A DNA stretch of 64,000 nucleotides from Callorhinchus milii. Taxonomy: Eukaryota. Shown here in pieces: positions 39,001-52,312 of this stretch. The position numbers and the translations under genes were made by a program. Positions within the stretch are counted from its first letter, which is position 1; the number at the start of each line of letters is the position of its first letter. Below the pieces are notes generated by a model. That model ran no database searches. It saw nothing but the letters and a program-made list of their open reading frames with translations, and was not told the origin of the DNA. Location of the stretch: assembly GCF_018977255.1 (NCBI RefSeq), contig NW_024704762.1, positions 7,874,001 to 7,938,000 on the forward strand. The letters run 5' to 3'.

Positions 39001-39743
39001 ATCCCGTACCCGTAAGAGTGTCCGATGAGAATGTTCCGTTTCTTCCCGTATCTCTTGAAGATGGCCTTCATGTCCTCCGCCAGGGCGTAGAAGGTGTAAG
39101 CGGCCCCGATGCGGGGGCCGGAGCTGGAGCCGTGACCCGCCAAGTCGGGGGCCACCACCTCATAGCCCAGCTTGGCGAAGAAGCCCAGCTGCTCCTTCCA
39201 GATGTCCAGCGAGCCCCCCACCCCGTGGATGAAGAAGAGAGTCACGTCAGAGTGGGTGCCCTTGCAGCTGGTGATGCGCTTCTTGCAGTCGATGACCACC
39301 GTCTTCTTGGGCTTGCGTTTGCGTCGTTTGCCGGACGGTTGTTCGGGGGGGTTGGCGCTGCCGTTGCCGTTGCCATTGCCGTTGGCCTGGCCCGAGGTTT
39401 CGGACAGCTCGATCTCCACTGTGCTGCCTGGCTCCGTGTTGCCGTTCTGGCAATGCAGGATCTCGGAGCGGATGACGTCGCCAAGATTCTCGATCACCAG
39501 CTGCCCATTGCGGTAGACGGATATTTTACGCTTACAATGCACCGAGCCTTTGCCCGGAAGAGAGGGCTGGGGCTCCACCGAGGTCTGGGCACCGGCGATG
39601 TGCTTGACACGCAACACCCGCCCGGGTTTCACCTCCACATAGTCAAAGCCGTCACTGGTCTCCACACTGTCGATAGGCCCCACCACGTTCAATGTCCGCC
39701 CTGTGATGCAGCACATTATCCCGTCGGTGATGCTGGTCAGCAT
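36069..39743 (-). CDS. ABHD8: Alpha/beta hydrolase domain-containing protein 8, 4 coding exons, 432 aa
   Basis: Exons 39743-39010, 38349-38179, 37381-37165 and 36245-36069 are in phase (1299 nt). They encode [15 protein letters not shown]..., [25 protein letters not shown], the nucleophile elbow [14 protein letters not shown] and [21 protein letters not shown]. The gene lies tail-to-tail with ANKLE1, as in human. Confidence 0.95.
36285..36596 (-). mobile_element. Deu tRNA-SINE, left arm of a head-to-head pair
   Basis: Near-identical to the 2955-3297 copy, with the first few head bases missing. Confidence 0.85.
36597..37010 (+). mobile_element. Deu tRNA-SINE (different subfamily), right arm of a head-to-head pair
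   Basis: TAGTGTACTGGTTAGAGCAC head, GGTTCGATTCCC B box, Deu core and tail. Confidence 0.8.
38420..38880. mobile_element. Two Deu-SINE 3' halves in tail-to-tail orientation (ABHD8 intron)
   Basis: + copy ~38420-38630 and - copy ~38725-38880. Confidence 0.75.
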
Positions 39744-39834
39744 CTTGATGCCTGGAGAGAGAGAGAGAGAGGGAGAGAGATGGGAGAGAGATAGTAGCAG
39801 GTATGAGAAGCTTCAGGACTCCTTGAAAAAATAA

Positions 39835-40015
39835 TAATAATAATAATTTGGTTACTCAATCCCCGAGTATTTGTGGGACTCCGCTGTGCACAATTGGCTG
39901 CCGCGTTTCGCCCACAAACTATACAGTCAATTCACTTTACAGTATATCCTGTAAAGCACTTTGAGACGTCTCGAAGGCACGATAAGGCGCTATATCAAAT
40001 GCACTGGATTATTAT
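39835..40015 (+). mobile_element. Deu-SINE 3' part
   Basis: Deu core and tail. Confidence 0.75.
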
Positions 40016-42394
40016 TGTAAAACCTGAAGACTAATTTTAAAGAATCATCATTCTAAAATCGTTCAGCAACTCGCCTGACGTGAAAATCCAGGAACTCGGA
40101 TTATTATTAACTTTATTTCTCAAAGAATACAAGAAATTAATTCATCTAGGTTGGGGGAGGGGGGGAGGGGGAAATCTTTGTAAATGGACACTCCCTCATC
40201 CAAACTGAGGTCAGGCATGTGTCTGACTGTCGATGTGTGTGTGTGTTGTTCCTGTTGACATTCCTTTCTCAGGCTCCCATTAGGTAAACAGCCAGTGCAT
40301 TGAGGACCTGTGGACCTGGACTTCAAAGCCACAGTCTTCAAGAGAGCAGGACTGAAAATGTGCATCAAAGGTTACCACAGAAACTCCATTTAACGAAGGA
40401 TTATGTTCCATTAAAGGCAGTGGATCTTATTTAATACAGATGGTTCTGCAGGCGTGACACCACTTGGCATCATCTCAGGCGACTTCTGGTCTGCCCAGAG
40501 CCTAGAATTGGAGACTCCATCTCTCACTGATCACTGATGAGCCTCAGCACAGATACCTCAGCGAACTGGGAATCCAAGCTTTGATTCAGAATTCATCTGC
40601 TCTCACTGTACATGCAGCAAGACTTAAATTATTTATGTCAGCTCTTTCAGAAACTCAGTGAGTCAGCAAGAAGATTCTTCCCCCAGCCCCCTCACTCTCT
40701 CTCTCTCTCACTGTATAGATTTATCCTCTTTGGCATCTCCCCTGAAGGCAACAACTGATGGACAAAGGCAGTCCTTCCCTCAACCCCTTCCTGATTCCCA
40801 CCCCCACCCCTTTCCTCAGCTACTTAGTCCAAGGGTCAAGTCTATTCTGGGCCGTCAGTTCAATTGAGTGGGGATGGAGTGATCACAACTCCATCCAATT
40901 CCAAACTCCAACCCCTTCTGCCAATTGGGCCCATTGCTCTACAATTTTATTTCATTCTTAACACAAGGCCATGGATCTGCTCGTTTATCCAGTGAGTGGC
41001 TGAGCCATCCATAGACTGGCAAAGTACTGGAGTTCTGTCTGTGGTGCTGTGCTAAGCTTTCCTTAGCAACTGGGCTACAATTAGCCTCAGTTACTCCTGT
41101 ATGAGGGAGATTCAGTGTATCCTGTGAAGCACTTTGAGATGTCTCGACGACACGATAAGGCGCTTTATCAAATGCAAGTATTATTATTATTCTCTCTTGA
41201 GGTTCAGTGTGTGATTGTGAAGCCTCACATGCCAACGGCCAGCTATGCAACAACAACAACAACAAAATTACATTTATAGAGCCCCTTTCACGTCGGGAGG
41301 ACGTCCCAAAGCGTTGAAAGATCACTACAGCGCTGCAAGACAATGGAGTATTTTGAGTCAGTGTACAGTTGTGTAAATCAACGTGCAGCTGTGTAGATCT
41401 GTGCACAATCACGTAAATCAGTGTGCTGCAGTTTTACAAATCTGTGCAGGAGGCCATATTTAGTTGTGTGAGACACTGTGTTTGTGTAAGTCAGTCTTCA
41501 GTTGTGCAAATTGGTGTGAGCCGAGACAGAGGCACTCAACACATGCTGATTGCCGGCTGCAAATGCTTCAATCACTTTTTCCAACCTCACAAGAGTAAGC
41601 ATTTACAGAGTATTCTCTGCGGTTTCCAATGCACGTACACAACAGGATCTGAGCAGGGTTGCTGAAGTATTTATACACAGAGCCCTGTGACTCTCTCCTA
41701 CTTGAATATCCTTGTGAAGTGACAAATCTGTGAGTTCACAATTGCCTCTAAACACAGTTTATATAAAATATTGAGATGGAACCATACCAATTGGCAGCTG
41801 ATTCCTACTGAGTCGGACACTGAACTTCAACATACCATTCTGAGGTCCATACCTCTCTACTTCCTTGTTGCTACTGTTCTCCAAATCACCTGTCCTCCAC
41901 AACCCTCCCCCTCTCTGCTTATTCTCACTGTGCTGAAATCAAGGCTCATCACACGGTTTCCTTCTCTGTCTCATTGTCTTGCCAGGATCTCAAAACCCTG
42001 GAGCTCATCCATTATCTGAGTGATCCTATGTCCTACAGCTTTTCAAGCCCCAATCTCCACATTTTCTCAACTCTGCTCCCCAACTGATCGTATCTTCTCT
42101 CTGAAGCTCTTTGCTACCCTGCACTGAGGGCTTTGACTGTTCAGCTCACTGGGTTTGCTCAGTCAAATCAAAAAACCACACACACCCTGGACTTTTTAAC
42201 GCTGTCACAGAGATATCAATATCAGTCATCACACTGCCAATATCTCAATGCCTAAATTCAGACTCGATGGGTTTAATGTGCAGGGATAGCTGTGCCATAA
42301 TAAAACTCATGGCTAAAGTTGTGATGAGATTGCAAATGATAAACATTAAGAAGTTCGCTCTGATCTGGATTCTCTTCCAGCCTCCACACTAATA

Positions 42395-43252
42395 ACACTA
42401 ATAATAATAATCCTTGCATTTGATGTAGGCCTTACCATGTCGTTGAGACATCTCAAAGCGCTTCACAGAACATATTGTAAAGTGAATTAATTGACTGTGT
42501 ATTGGTGGGTGAAACACGGCAGATAATTGCATACAGCAGTGTCCCACAAACAGTCATGGATTGGGTGACCAGGAGAGTGGGACTGGATTAGGGTTACATG
42601 TAACATGTGGGGTTCTGACCCCATCTTTGTAAAGTGTCCCGAGATGTTATATGAAGGGCTCTATATAAATGCATGTTGTTGTTATTAATTGGTGGCTGGG
42701 TTCACAGGACAAAACAGCACTAAACTGTTCATCAAACTGGTAGGTTTGTCAGAGAGAGCAGAGATGGCTATACTGTAGTGGAAAGGATTCCATTGGCATT
42801 CTGAGGTTAGCATTGAGATGCATTGTTGATGGGGAAAGACCAGAGGAAGCTTTCTCCGGTCTCTAACCTGAACTGGCTGGAAAGTGGTTGTGGGTTAAAC
42901 TAAATAGGAAAAAAAAATCAATTGGTTAATAATTAATTTGCCTTTAGAGATGCCAAGCCGAAATGTTAGGCAAGTTTCCTTACTCCACAGGCCTCTAGCT
43001 GTAAGTAGGAACCCAGTTGTTAGTTGATTGGCAGATCGCTTTTCCGGGGGTAATGATCCCTTTCAAAAAAAAATTAAAATAAATGATAATAATTTGTCAC
43101 TCAATCCAATGGGACACTTCTGTGCACAATTGGCTGCCACGTTTCACCCACAAAATATGCAGTCAATTCACTTTCTAGTCTATCCTGTGAAGTGCTTTGA
43201 GACGTTGTGAAGATGTGATAAGGCGCTATATCAAATGCAAGGATTATTATTA
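42395..43252. mobile_element. Deu-SINE copies (- at ~42395-42570; + at ~42955-43252)
   Basis: Core and tail motifs as in the other copies. Confidence 0.7.
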
Positions 43253-44557
43253 AGCCTTTTGAGGTGTAGACTGTAAATTACATTTCCACTGAGAAAATCT
43301 GCAATCTTTGTAGGTGCGGAAAGGCAAAGCGATATTGGTAAAATAAATGGTGTTTGGGATAATAGTGTTGGGGATATTACAGTGTGGTGTGATCAGTGGT
43401 ACACACTGCTATTAAGAGAATAACAGCTCTACAAATTCTCTCGTTAAAAGAGGCTGGTAGTAACTACATTGTAAAACAAACGTGTTTCCTAAGCACCGTC
43501 TTAAGCGATAAAAGGTTCTTATTTGCGTTTGAAAATCGAATCGCATAATTGTTTTATATGGGGGTGTGGGGGAGGAGAGAGATTTTGCAAGGATGAAGCA
43601 TTCTGCAAGTTGCCAACATTATTCACGGGCTAACAACATCGAAATCAACTGACTTGGATATAGCTTCCGCTAACATCTGGCTCAATCCCTATTCGGTTGC
43701 ACTGCTAATGTCATATATTACAAATTAGATTTCTGTTAGGGAATAATATCTCAGGATACAATATATAGTTTGGGACATGACACGATACTGCCAGGATGGT
43801 GGAAGGCGAACTGGATGGACCTTGGTCTTCTTTAGCCTAGCAAATTCTTATGTACAGTATAACTAACGTCTAGTTATCTGTGTCGATTTCAGCACCAGGG
43901 ATACAGGACAGCGGGGATAACCTGAACCCACAAAAAGGCAATTAAACCCATTCCCCATTCCCCTTTCTTTTGAAACGCTAACCCTCTTTTGCACATTACA
44001 ATGTAACCTTCTCCCACTCAGGTTACCAGTATTTATTCCGAATCGTTCTCTGGGATTTTATGATATTTCCCTTCACGTTGTTTTCCAACTGCAGGTATTT
44101 TAATAATCCCCAGAGATTTGCTCCAGCGAGCTTTACCCTTTAAATCTCAGACACACACACACACACACAGGCGATAATAAACCCGCATAAGCCAATAAAT
44201 ACATGTAAACAACTGCAGGTCCACGTCAATTGCAATGCATTTGATGAATATTATATGTATCTTGTACAAAACATACACACACACACACACTGTAAATAAA
44301 TCATAAATCGTTAGCTGATTAAAAAAAAGTCCCCAAATATATGCATTACTGCTCTCCATCTGCATCATAAGCGTTATTTTCAGTCTTTTCCAAATGAAAA
44401 TGAAATGCAATTGCATGTACTTCGAAATGCAACCGGCAAACGAACAGAACAGAGCAAAAAAAAAACGTTTCATCGATGCAGAGAGAGAGGGCTCAATTAA
44501 ATACTGTACTGGACATGCAAAGGAGAATTGAACAATTTTCAAAGAAATCTCTCTTAC

Positions 44558-45090
44558 CTCATTTATTGTTTTTTTTTTAGTTTTTTTTAAAAAAAAACCA
44601 GAAAATGCACCGTTCCTCGGAATTGCAAACGCACGGGTATTTTTTTTTGATGTATATATGTGTGTGTGAGATACAAATAAATTGGAAAATCTTGCAAAAC
44701 AAAAAAAAGACTGGATTTATTTGATTTGACTTTTATTTTCAACCCCTCCACCACCACCACCACTACACACACACACACACACACAGCCCTTTGCTTTCTG
44801 TTTTTACATGTTGTCAGCCAGGATTGCAGTTGTATGCGTGTGTGTGTATGTGTGTGGATCTGTAACCCCTTCTCCCTGTCTCCCTCCCCCTGTTTTGATG
44901 TCTGGTCGCAAGATGTCTCTGTCCTTCAAATCCAACGAGTGAGTCTGAACAGCACGTCCAAAGCCCGCCCCCCGCTCTGATTGACAGGCGCCTCGGCCAA
45001 TCAGCTCGGCCATCCGGCTGCCCATCAACCCAATCCAGCCAATCGCCTCCGACTCCGAGGGCGGGACCTTGCCCCTGGGTCCCTCAAGAT
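44558..45090 (-). promoter_or_regulatory. Probable ABHD8 promoter and non-coding first exon
   Basis: GC boxes (GCCCGCCCC ~44962, GGGCGGG ~45058) and three CCAAT boxes (~44996-45043). Minus-strand donor GAG|GTAAGA at 44558/44557; matching acceptor at 39752, just before the ATG. Confidence 0.55.
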
Positions 45091-46409
45091 GCGTCAAATT
45101 GCACCTTGTTCAGACTCCAGCTCAATCTACCTGTTTGCTTACACCATCCCTGCCCCTGACCGAGCCCTGTAGGTCAACAGGTTGACAGGCGTGTCTTGCA
45201 TTCCGCCTGTCGACGGGGTATCTTACAGTCGTTCACCTGCCTGTGCTCCCAAGAGTCCTGGTTCTCTTTTTTTTCCCCATTGCATTCATTTATGCACCTG
45301 TCCCACCTCCACCACAACAACAAATTACATTTGTATCCCACCTTTCATGTCAGGAGGACGTCCCAAAGCGCTGGACAGTCAGGGATCTGCACCCGAGCTG
45401 GTGGTTGAGATCAGGGGGTGGGGTGGGTGGGTGGGGAGATGGTGGTTGTGGCAGGTAGGGGTAAGAGGGTGACCGAAGTTACGGTCGAAAATGGGGGTCT
45501 TGAGATGGGTCTTGAAGGACCAAGGTCTAATCTGCACGGATCGATGAATATATACAATGGTATGTATTGACTGGCTGGCTGTTTGTGGGATATGACTGTG
45601 AACAAATTGGCTTCTGTGTTTTGTTTAGGAAATACACAGTCACTAAACTTCACAGTAAAATCCAGTGAAGCGCTTTGAGAGGTCTTACTGATGTGAAAGA
45701 CAGAATAACAAATTTAAAGGTTATTATTATTTTTGAAACACTTTGAGCCATCTCGATGACGTGATATCAAATGCAAGGATTATTATCATTATGTTATTAT
45801 TATAACAATGTATTGCGTACCTATGAATCTAGTGAGGTATATGTCTTATGACTAACACTCATCTGTCTACCTCTGCCTACCTCTCGCTATCTCTTTATTT
45901 TTGTCTGTGGATAAATGTTGACTTTTGTGTGTTTCTGGATTGCTCTACCTATCCTTCCATGCATGAGTTGTTCACTCAGTGTAAAATTGTATTCCCCAGG
46001 GAACAGAATTCTGCTTTACAGCGAGCTGAAAAACAAAGCCACTTGCCAACACGGACAAAGCATTATCATTGCAGGAAACAAAACCACTACGAATGTTTTT
46101 TTTTCCAGACTTGCTCTGTTAGAATCCAAACACCTATGAAACAATATTCACTGGCTAACTCAGTGGCAAAATGCACATTGTGGTGAATTAGTGATTTATA
46201 CAAGTCAAGAAAGCCACAGATTCAATTTTCATAATAATAAATAAATAAATAATTATTTATGCTGAGTTTGTTTATTTCAACCAGGATTGCAGTATACTGG
46301 GAAGATTGGGGAGGGAACTACAGTTATTCTCAGCAACTCTGGGGTAAATTGAGCAGGATTTCTGCACTTCATCACTGTCCAGTAAGACCCTCTCCCATAC
46401 ACATACACA

Positions 46410-47345
46410 AAACAAAATTACATTTGTATAGCACCTTTCATGTCAGGAGGATGGCCCAAGGTGCTGGACAGTCTGTGTTTCAGACTCAAGCTGGGAGTTG
46501 GGATTGGGGAGGGTGGAGGGCAGGGGGTGAATCAGGGTGATCAAAAGCAGTTGAAGATGAGGGTCTTGAATGGGTTTTGGAGGAGGCAAGGGAGGGGGTG
46601 AGGGTGGGGGCAGAGTGGCTGAAGGCCCGCCCTCCAATGGTGGGGCAAGTGAGGCAGGGGACATGAAGCAGGCTGTTGCCCATTGCGTGGGGGGAGGGAT
46701 GGTAAGGGGTTAGGAGGTTCCAAAGGTAGGGGGGAGCAAGGCCATGTCGCGGAGGTGGGGGAAGGCAGAGCGGGTCATGGCACAGATGTGGGGTAGAAAG
46801 GATAGTTGAGAGTCAAACAAGATGCCAAGTTTCCGGTCTGGCTTAGCAAGGTGGAGTTTGCATCCATGGATGGTGATGCTGTCAGCACCTGAGATATGGA
46901 GGCGCTAACGGGAGCCAATCAGGAGGGCCTCAGTCCGGTTGATGTTCAACTGAAGAAAATTAGCTCTCATCCAGGACTTGATGTCTGACAGACATTCTGT
47001 TAGCGCAGCAGCAGTCCTAGAGTCAACGGTGGAGGCAGAGATGTACAGTTGGGTCTCATCTGCATACATGTGGAAGTTGACCCTTCGTCTGCAGATGATG
47101 GCACCAGGAGGGAGAATATAGATATTGAAGAGGAGGGGACCAAGAACAGAGCGCTGAGAAATCCCACACAAGACAATATGGGAGCTAGAGGAGAAACCGT
47201 TTATGAGATGAAGTGGAGGCAGTGTGAGAGGTACGATCTGAATCATTCAAGGACAGAACCGTGAAGGTTGAGGTGAGAAAAGAAGCGGTGGATGAGGATA
47301 GAGTGGTCAACGGTGTCAAAAGCAGTAGAGAAGTCAAGGAGGATG
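46410..47345 (-). mobile_element. Degenerate L2-clade LINE fragment with reverse-transcriptase motifs
   Basis: GISQRSVLGPLLFNIYILP...FHMYADETQLYIS...CLSDIKSWMRANFLQLNINRTEALLIG (QGSVLGP and YADD-like motifs). L2 3' tail at ~46410-46470; internally deleted. Confidence 0.85.
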
Positions 47346-48199
47346 AGGAGGCAGAGGCAGCCCTGGTTGCAGATGGACACACAAACACACACACACCTTT
47401 GTCCATCCCCTTGAAACTACAGATGAGTAAACAAATCAATTCTGGGCACTTGGGAATGTATTGCACCAACAGTGCATGCTAAAAAAAACTATATCCATCA
47501 GGTGTCAATCAGACAACACCTTGCATTCGATATAGCATCTTATCCTACTGAAACATCTCAAAACACTTCAGAGCTTTCTGTAAGACTTAGTATTTTTGAG
47601 CCAAACTTAGCAGCCAATTGGACCACAGCCATAAAATGAATGACCCCTTTTTTTGTTTTCTGGGGAGATTGTTTTGTCTAGGACAGCAGAGGATTCTCTT
47701 CTCTTTTCAAGTAGTAACATCACACTGAACAGGAATATGAGAAATGAGGAGCCAATTCATTTGAAAATTTGGGTGTAAATTTAGATAAGGTGAGGAATAC
47801 AGTTGAGGTTAACCACGAGAAAGATTTCATACACTTTTGAAATGGTGGCAATGCCGATCTGAAACTGGAAATCCATTGTAAAGAAAACCTCAACGATCAG
47901 ACTTTTTTTTTCTTTTTTTTTTAAAAAAACTGTCTCTGCTTTATTTTCAGACAAAGCAGCATAATCTGATTTCATCTGGGTTTTCATATAAATGTATAGA
48001 TTCACATATATATATATATGATCTGACAGGTAATAGAGAGATCTTATAGATGAATAGAATTATGCCATGCAGTTTGCAAACAACAGGATTTCTCAAGTGG
48101 ATCTCGTTTTCAACGAAACATCCAATCAGCCTCATACGTGTCCAGTTGTAAAGTGAATATTGATTATGATGTTTATGAACAGGTATCAGAGTGGCAGCA

Positions 48200-48560
48200 A
48201 AGGCTGTGAACTACAACTCCCAGAATGCACCGGGCGGGACGCATGCGCGTCGTCCAAAGCGACGCGTCGGTAAGGCGGCGTTTGATTGGTTGAGGGCGGG
48301 GCGGGACTGTAGCAGCGACCAATGGGACGGCGGGATACGAGAGGACGCGGCGTTGGGCTGCAAGATGGCGGCGGTCTGCAGGTACCCAAGTCAATGAGGG
48401 GCCGGTGGCGCCCATCCGGACGTCTCAAAGCGCTTCCCCGGGTCAGGCTGCCAAGTGTAGTGACTGTGTCATTTGTGGGTGGAAGGCGGCAGCCAATGGC
48501 GCCCAAACGGGTCGCGGGTTGGAAGTGACCGGATTTTATTCGGGTGCCGGTGTCGGCCCG
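48200..48560 (+). promoter_or_regulatory. MRPL34 CpG-island promoter
   Basis: ZNF143-type motif ACTACAACTCCCAGAATGCAC at 48210-48230, NRF1-like GCATGCGC ~48241, ATTGG/CCAAT, Sp1 GGGCGGGGCGGG, and YY1 motif CAAGATGGCGGC overlapping the ATG. Confidence 0.8.
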
Positions 48561-49458
48561 GATCCCCCATCCCCCCCCACACACACCCCCCCCCGACCCC
48601 ATCCCCCCCCACACACACACACCCCCCCGACCCCATTCCCCACCCACACACACTCCCCCGACCCCCCCCACCCACACCCCCCCCCCCCCCCCCCCCCCCC
48701 ACACACACCCACCCCATCCCCCCCCAAACACTCCTCCCCGACCCCATCCCTACCACACACACACACACCCCCGACCCCACACACTCACACACACACACAC
48801 CCCCCACCCCGACCCCACACACACACACACACCCCTCCGGCTCAGCGTTAAGCTCTCCACTGTTAAGCGCTCCGCTCCGTAACTCTCACCCGTGTGCAGG
48901 AAATATAACCGCGAGTTTTTGTTAGTGGGACGTTGCGAGTGCCAATTGGCCGTCGCGTCCGCCTACGAAACACGCAGTCACTACCTTTCACAGTAAGTCG
49001 CTGTGACGCAGTTTGAGGTGTTTCGACGTTGTAGCCGCTGTCAACAACGCGAGCAATTTTATTATGATTGTTATTACTATACACAGAGGTAAAAAAATCA
49101 AGCTTTAAAACTCCCGATTCCTTTCTGTAGGTACCTGCTGACCCGACCTCCAGCCCCTGCCTCATCCTTCAGCTCCAGCCTGCGGGCCGTGTGCGGCTCC
49201 GCTCTATTCCGCCCATCGGTTGCCTCCCGCGCCGACCTGCCCACCTCGGCCGGCCTCCTCCAGCGTCTGACCGGCCAGCTCTCCCCCTGGTTCCCACAGC
49301 AGCAGCAGGTGAGGACCAGGAAGCGCGGCACAGAATACCAGCCCAAGAACATCAAACGCAAGCGCACGCACGGGTGGATGAAGCGGATCAGCACCCGGGG
49401 TGGCATCGAGGTCATACTCCGGAGAATGTTGAAGGGACGCAACTCATTGACACACTGA
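48365..49458 (+). CDS. MRPL34: Mitochondrial ribosomal protein bL34m, 2 exons, 114 aa
   Basis: Exon 48365-48381 (MAAVC R|) plus 49131-49458. An N-terminal targeting-like peptide is followed by the L34 signature [44 protein letters not shown]. Confidence 0.95.
48565..48835. repeat. C-rich/(CA) tandem repeat (CCCCGACCCCA...CACACACAC) in the MRPL34 intron
   Basis: Read directly from the sequence. Confidence 0.85.
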
Positions 49459-52009
49459 GGGGCAGGTGGATCACCATGTGTTCATGGACGTTTATTGAAT
49501 GGGAAAAGGCTGGAGAAGGCGACCATCTGCCTCTTGTATTGAACTATTTAGACCTGATTGACTATTTGTATTGTATACATATAAACAATAACTGAATGAA
49601 GTGTTGTGTGTGTTGCTTGTTGCAGTGAGTGTTATTTATTACTTGTAACTAACTATACATTTGCCAGAAGGTTACAGGTTTGAAACCCGGTCTGGGCTGT
49701 GTCGGCTGTTCTCAGTTTGTGGGTCATAGTTGGCCTCAGTGGTCCTGGATTGTGGAGGGAAAACATCAGACCATAAAGAGCCCTTTCACTCTGGATCTCA
49801 ATTCTTTTGTGTCTCAGGAGAAAAGCAAATGGGACAAACTCCGGTATAAACACAGGCCTCAGGTATATTTCCAGTACGTTCATGTTGTCTGATTCAAGAG
49901 CCTCAGCTCACAGAGGGCGGCTTCTCTGATGAGCAAGGTAGATGAGTGTTTGTTCCCAGTGAGGCACAATCAGGCCTGTTTACATCTTTCAGCTATGTTC
50001 TCTGTACCTACTTCACTTACATTTAGTTTATGTTTATTTATCCTTTTTTCAACATCCCCAGTAAACTTCAAATATTTCCCGTTCCTCTGTGCTATGTTCT
50101 CTTTACCTACTTTGCTTATGTTTATGTTTACAATTACCCTTTTCTCAACATCCTCAGTAAACTCTAAATATTTTTATATTTCTTAATAATTACATTGTTG
50201 CTCCTGCTGGAAGATAGTGTTGGGCAAGGGATTTAAGGCCTCTGTCTCTCCCCATTTGGTCGAATACTATCCTCTGATAATTACTATGAAGGCCCACACC
50301 TAAATGATGCCCAGGTATTTGTTAGGTTGGGGTATCGAGGGATACGTTACAAGGGTGAGTAATTGGATTTGAGGTACAGATCAGCCATGATCTTATCGAA
50401 TGGTGAAACAGGCTGGAGGGGCTGAATGGCCTACTCTATGTTTCTCTAAATATAACTTGGGCAAGATACCAGAGGGCACCTGTGGAATTGTTCCTTACAG
50501 TAGAGGGAGAGAAAGCTGACAAAAACAAAAGAGTAAGGACATTGGAAGAGCACTGAAGCAATGCTAGAAGTTTTTGGCTGGCTGGCTGGTTGGTGACCTT
50601 TATTATCCTTGCTGTGTACAGCGGTGAATGACTTTCCAGAGTGTTGCTATCCCAAATTAATACCCTCCAGCTTGCCATGTGCCATTAGAGAAAGACAAGG
50701 TAAGCATCAGTCAAATCATAGTGCTGCTGGGAAAGAGCCAAGACACACCTAGTCCATTAATTCTTCCTTGTGGAGGAAAGACTGCAGTATCTTTCTAAGA
50801 GAATCCAAGTGCAGAGAATTTGACTCGGTGAATAAATCTGTCCAAAAAAAAACATCAACTTGAGTGCTGTGTGTTTCATGGACCATGGATAATAATAATT
50901 CTTGCAAAGTAGTGACTGTTTATATAAAGAGATGTGACAGCCAGTTTGAGCATAAGATTCACCCAAATGACCAATTTATCTTGGGAGGATTCTTGATAAG
51001 CTCCTTTCTCTTTAGAAATTGTTTCATGGAGTTTAACACCTGCCAATTAGGACCTCGATTTCATGTCTCCCGAAGATTAGTACCATCAACAATGCAACCT
51101 GAGTACTGGACTGAGGTTGAAGTCCCAATGGAAACTGCAACCTTCCAGGGCTGTGTGACTTAGTCTGGTTCTACACCAGCTGAGCCACTGGGGTGAGTTC
51201 ATATGGATGTTTGTACAAATTGACAAAGACAGAGCTTTGATATTATAACCCCACAAATATGAGGTCAAAGTTTCAGCGTTCCTTTCCTTATCAGTGGTGG
51301 TTAATTAAGGAATGGATTGCGTTTAGGAATGCGGCAAATTGACTGACTCCTCTATTTATCTTTCCCTTCAAATAAACCCGGGCAGAAATGATGTGAGTCT
51401 TTGACTCAAGAAACAGATTGGAAGACATTGTTCCCAAACCGTCCTGAGAAAACGCCATTGATCGTGGGTTGGTGTCGCTGCACAGAGCTGACCACCTTTC
51501 AGCCCCAGCCTTTTCCTTGTCACTGATAAAAGAGCAGACAGATTCCTGCAGTGCTGTGAACGTGTCTCTTTCAGACGGATTGCAAAGGCCGTCAATCACC
51601 AAAAACTGCTGGCGGGTTGCTGTTTTGATCTCTTGCGTTCTGTAGCCACCAAATAACGTGATGGTAGTTTTGTGCGTGGAATCAAAGAAGGTTTAAAACC
51701 CAGATTCCCTCTGCAACTGTCCACTCTAATCTAAATACCCTCCATTTTTTTTATATGAGATGTTAAACCGAGGTCCCATCGTACTGTTCAGTGGATGTTG
51801 AAGATCCGGTGACACTATTCAGGAAGCAGTTTCTCCTGGTGTCCTGGCTATTGGTCATTCTCCTTGGCTGCCTCGGAATAGCTGAGTTCGGTATCCCTAG
51901 TCTAGGGTGGGAAGGAGATGGAATCTTCACCAGGAAATTGGTGGATAATGACTCTTTCATTTTCATTCACCCAATTTCATTGTTGAACACAGTGAATTTA
52001 TTTTCAAGC

Positions 52010-52312
52010 CAAACAGTGAGGTCTCGGGTTCGATTACCGTGCAGGGCGAAACCTCAGGCAAGTTTTCTTGCTCCACACGCCTCTGTTTACCTTGCAGTAA
52101 GTAGGATTGCAGTTGCTTTAGTCGATTGGCGGATTGTTCTCCGGAGGTAGTAATCCCTCAATCCCCTACTTTGTGGAACGCTGCTGTTCGCAATTGGCTG
52201 CCACGTTTTGACCACAAATACGGTCAATCCACTTTCCAATATATTCTGTGAAACGCTTTGAGATATCTCAACGACTTGCTAAGGCGCTATATCAAATGCA
52301 AGGATTATTATT
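52010..52312 (+). mobile_element. Deu tRNA-SINE
   Basis: GGGTTCGATT B box, Deu core and tail. Confidence 0.75.

Noticed and set aside
39018-39794. 258-aa antisense ORF over ABHD8
   Set aside because: Shadow ORF of a GC-rich coding exon with no recognisable motifs.
46905-47246. Reverse-transcriptase ORF as a novel RT system (retron/DGR-like)
   Set aside because: Decayed L2 LINE fragment with mutated catalytic motif (YADE), stops and deletions.
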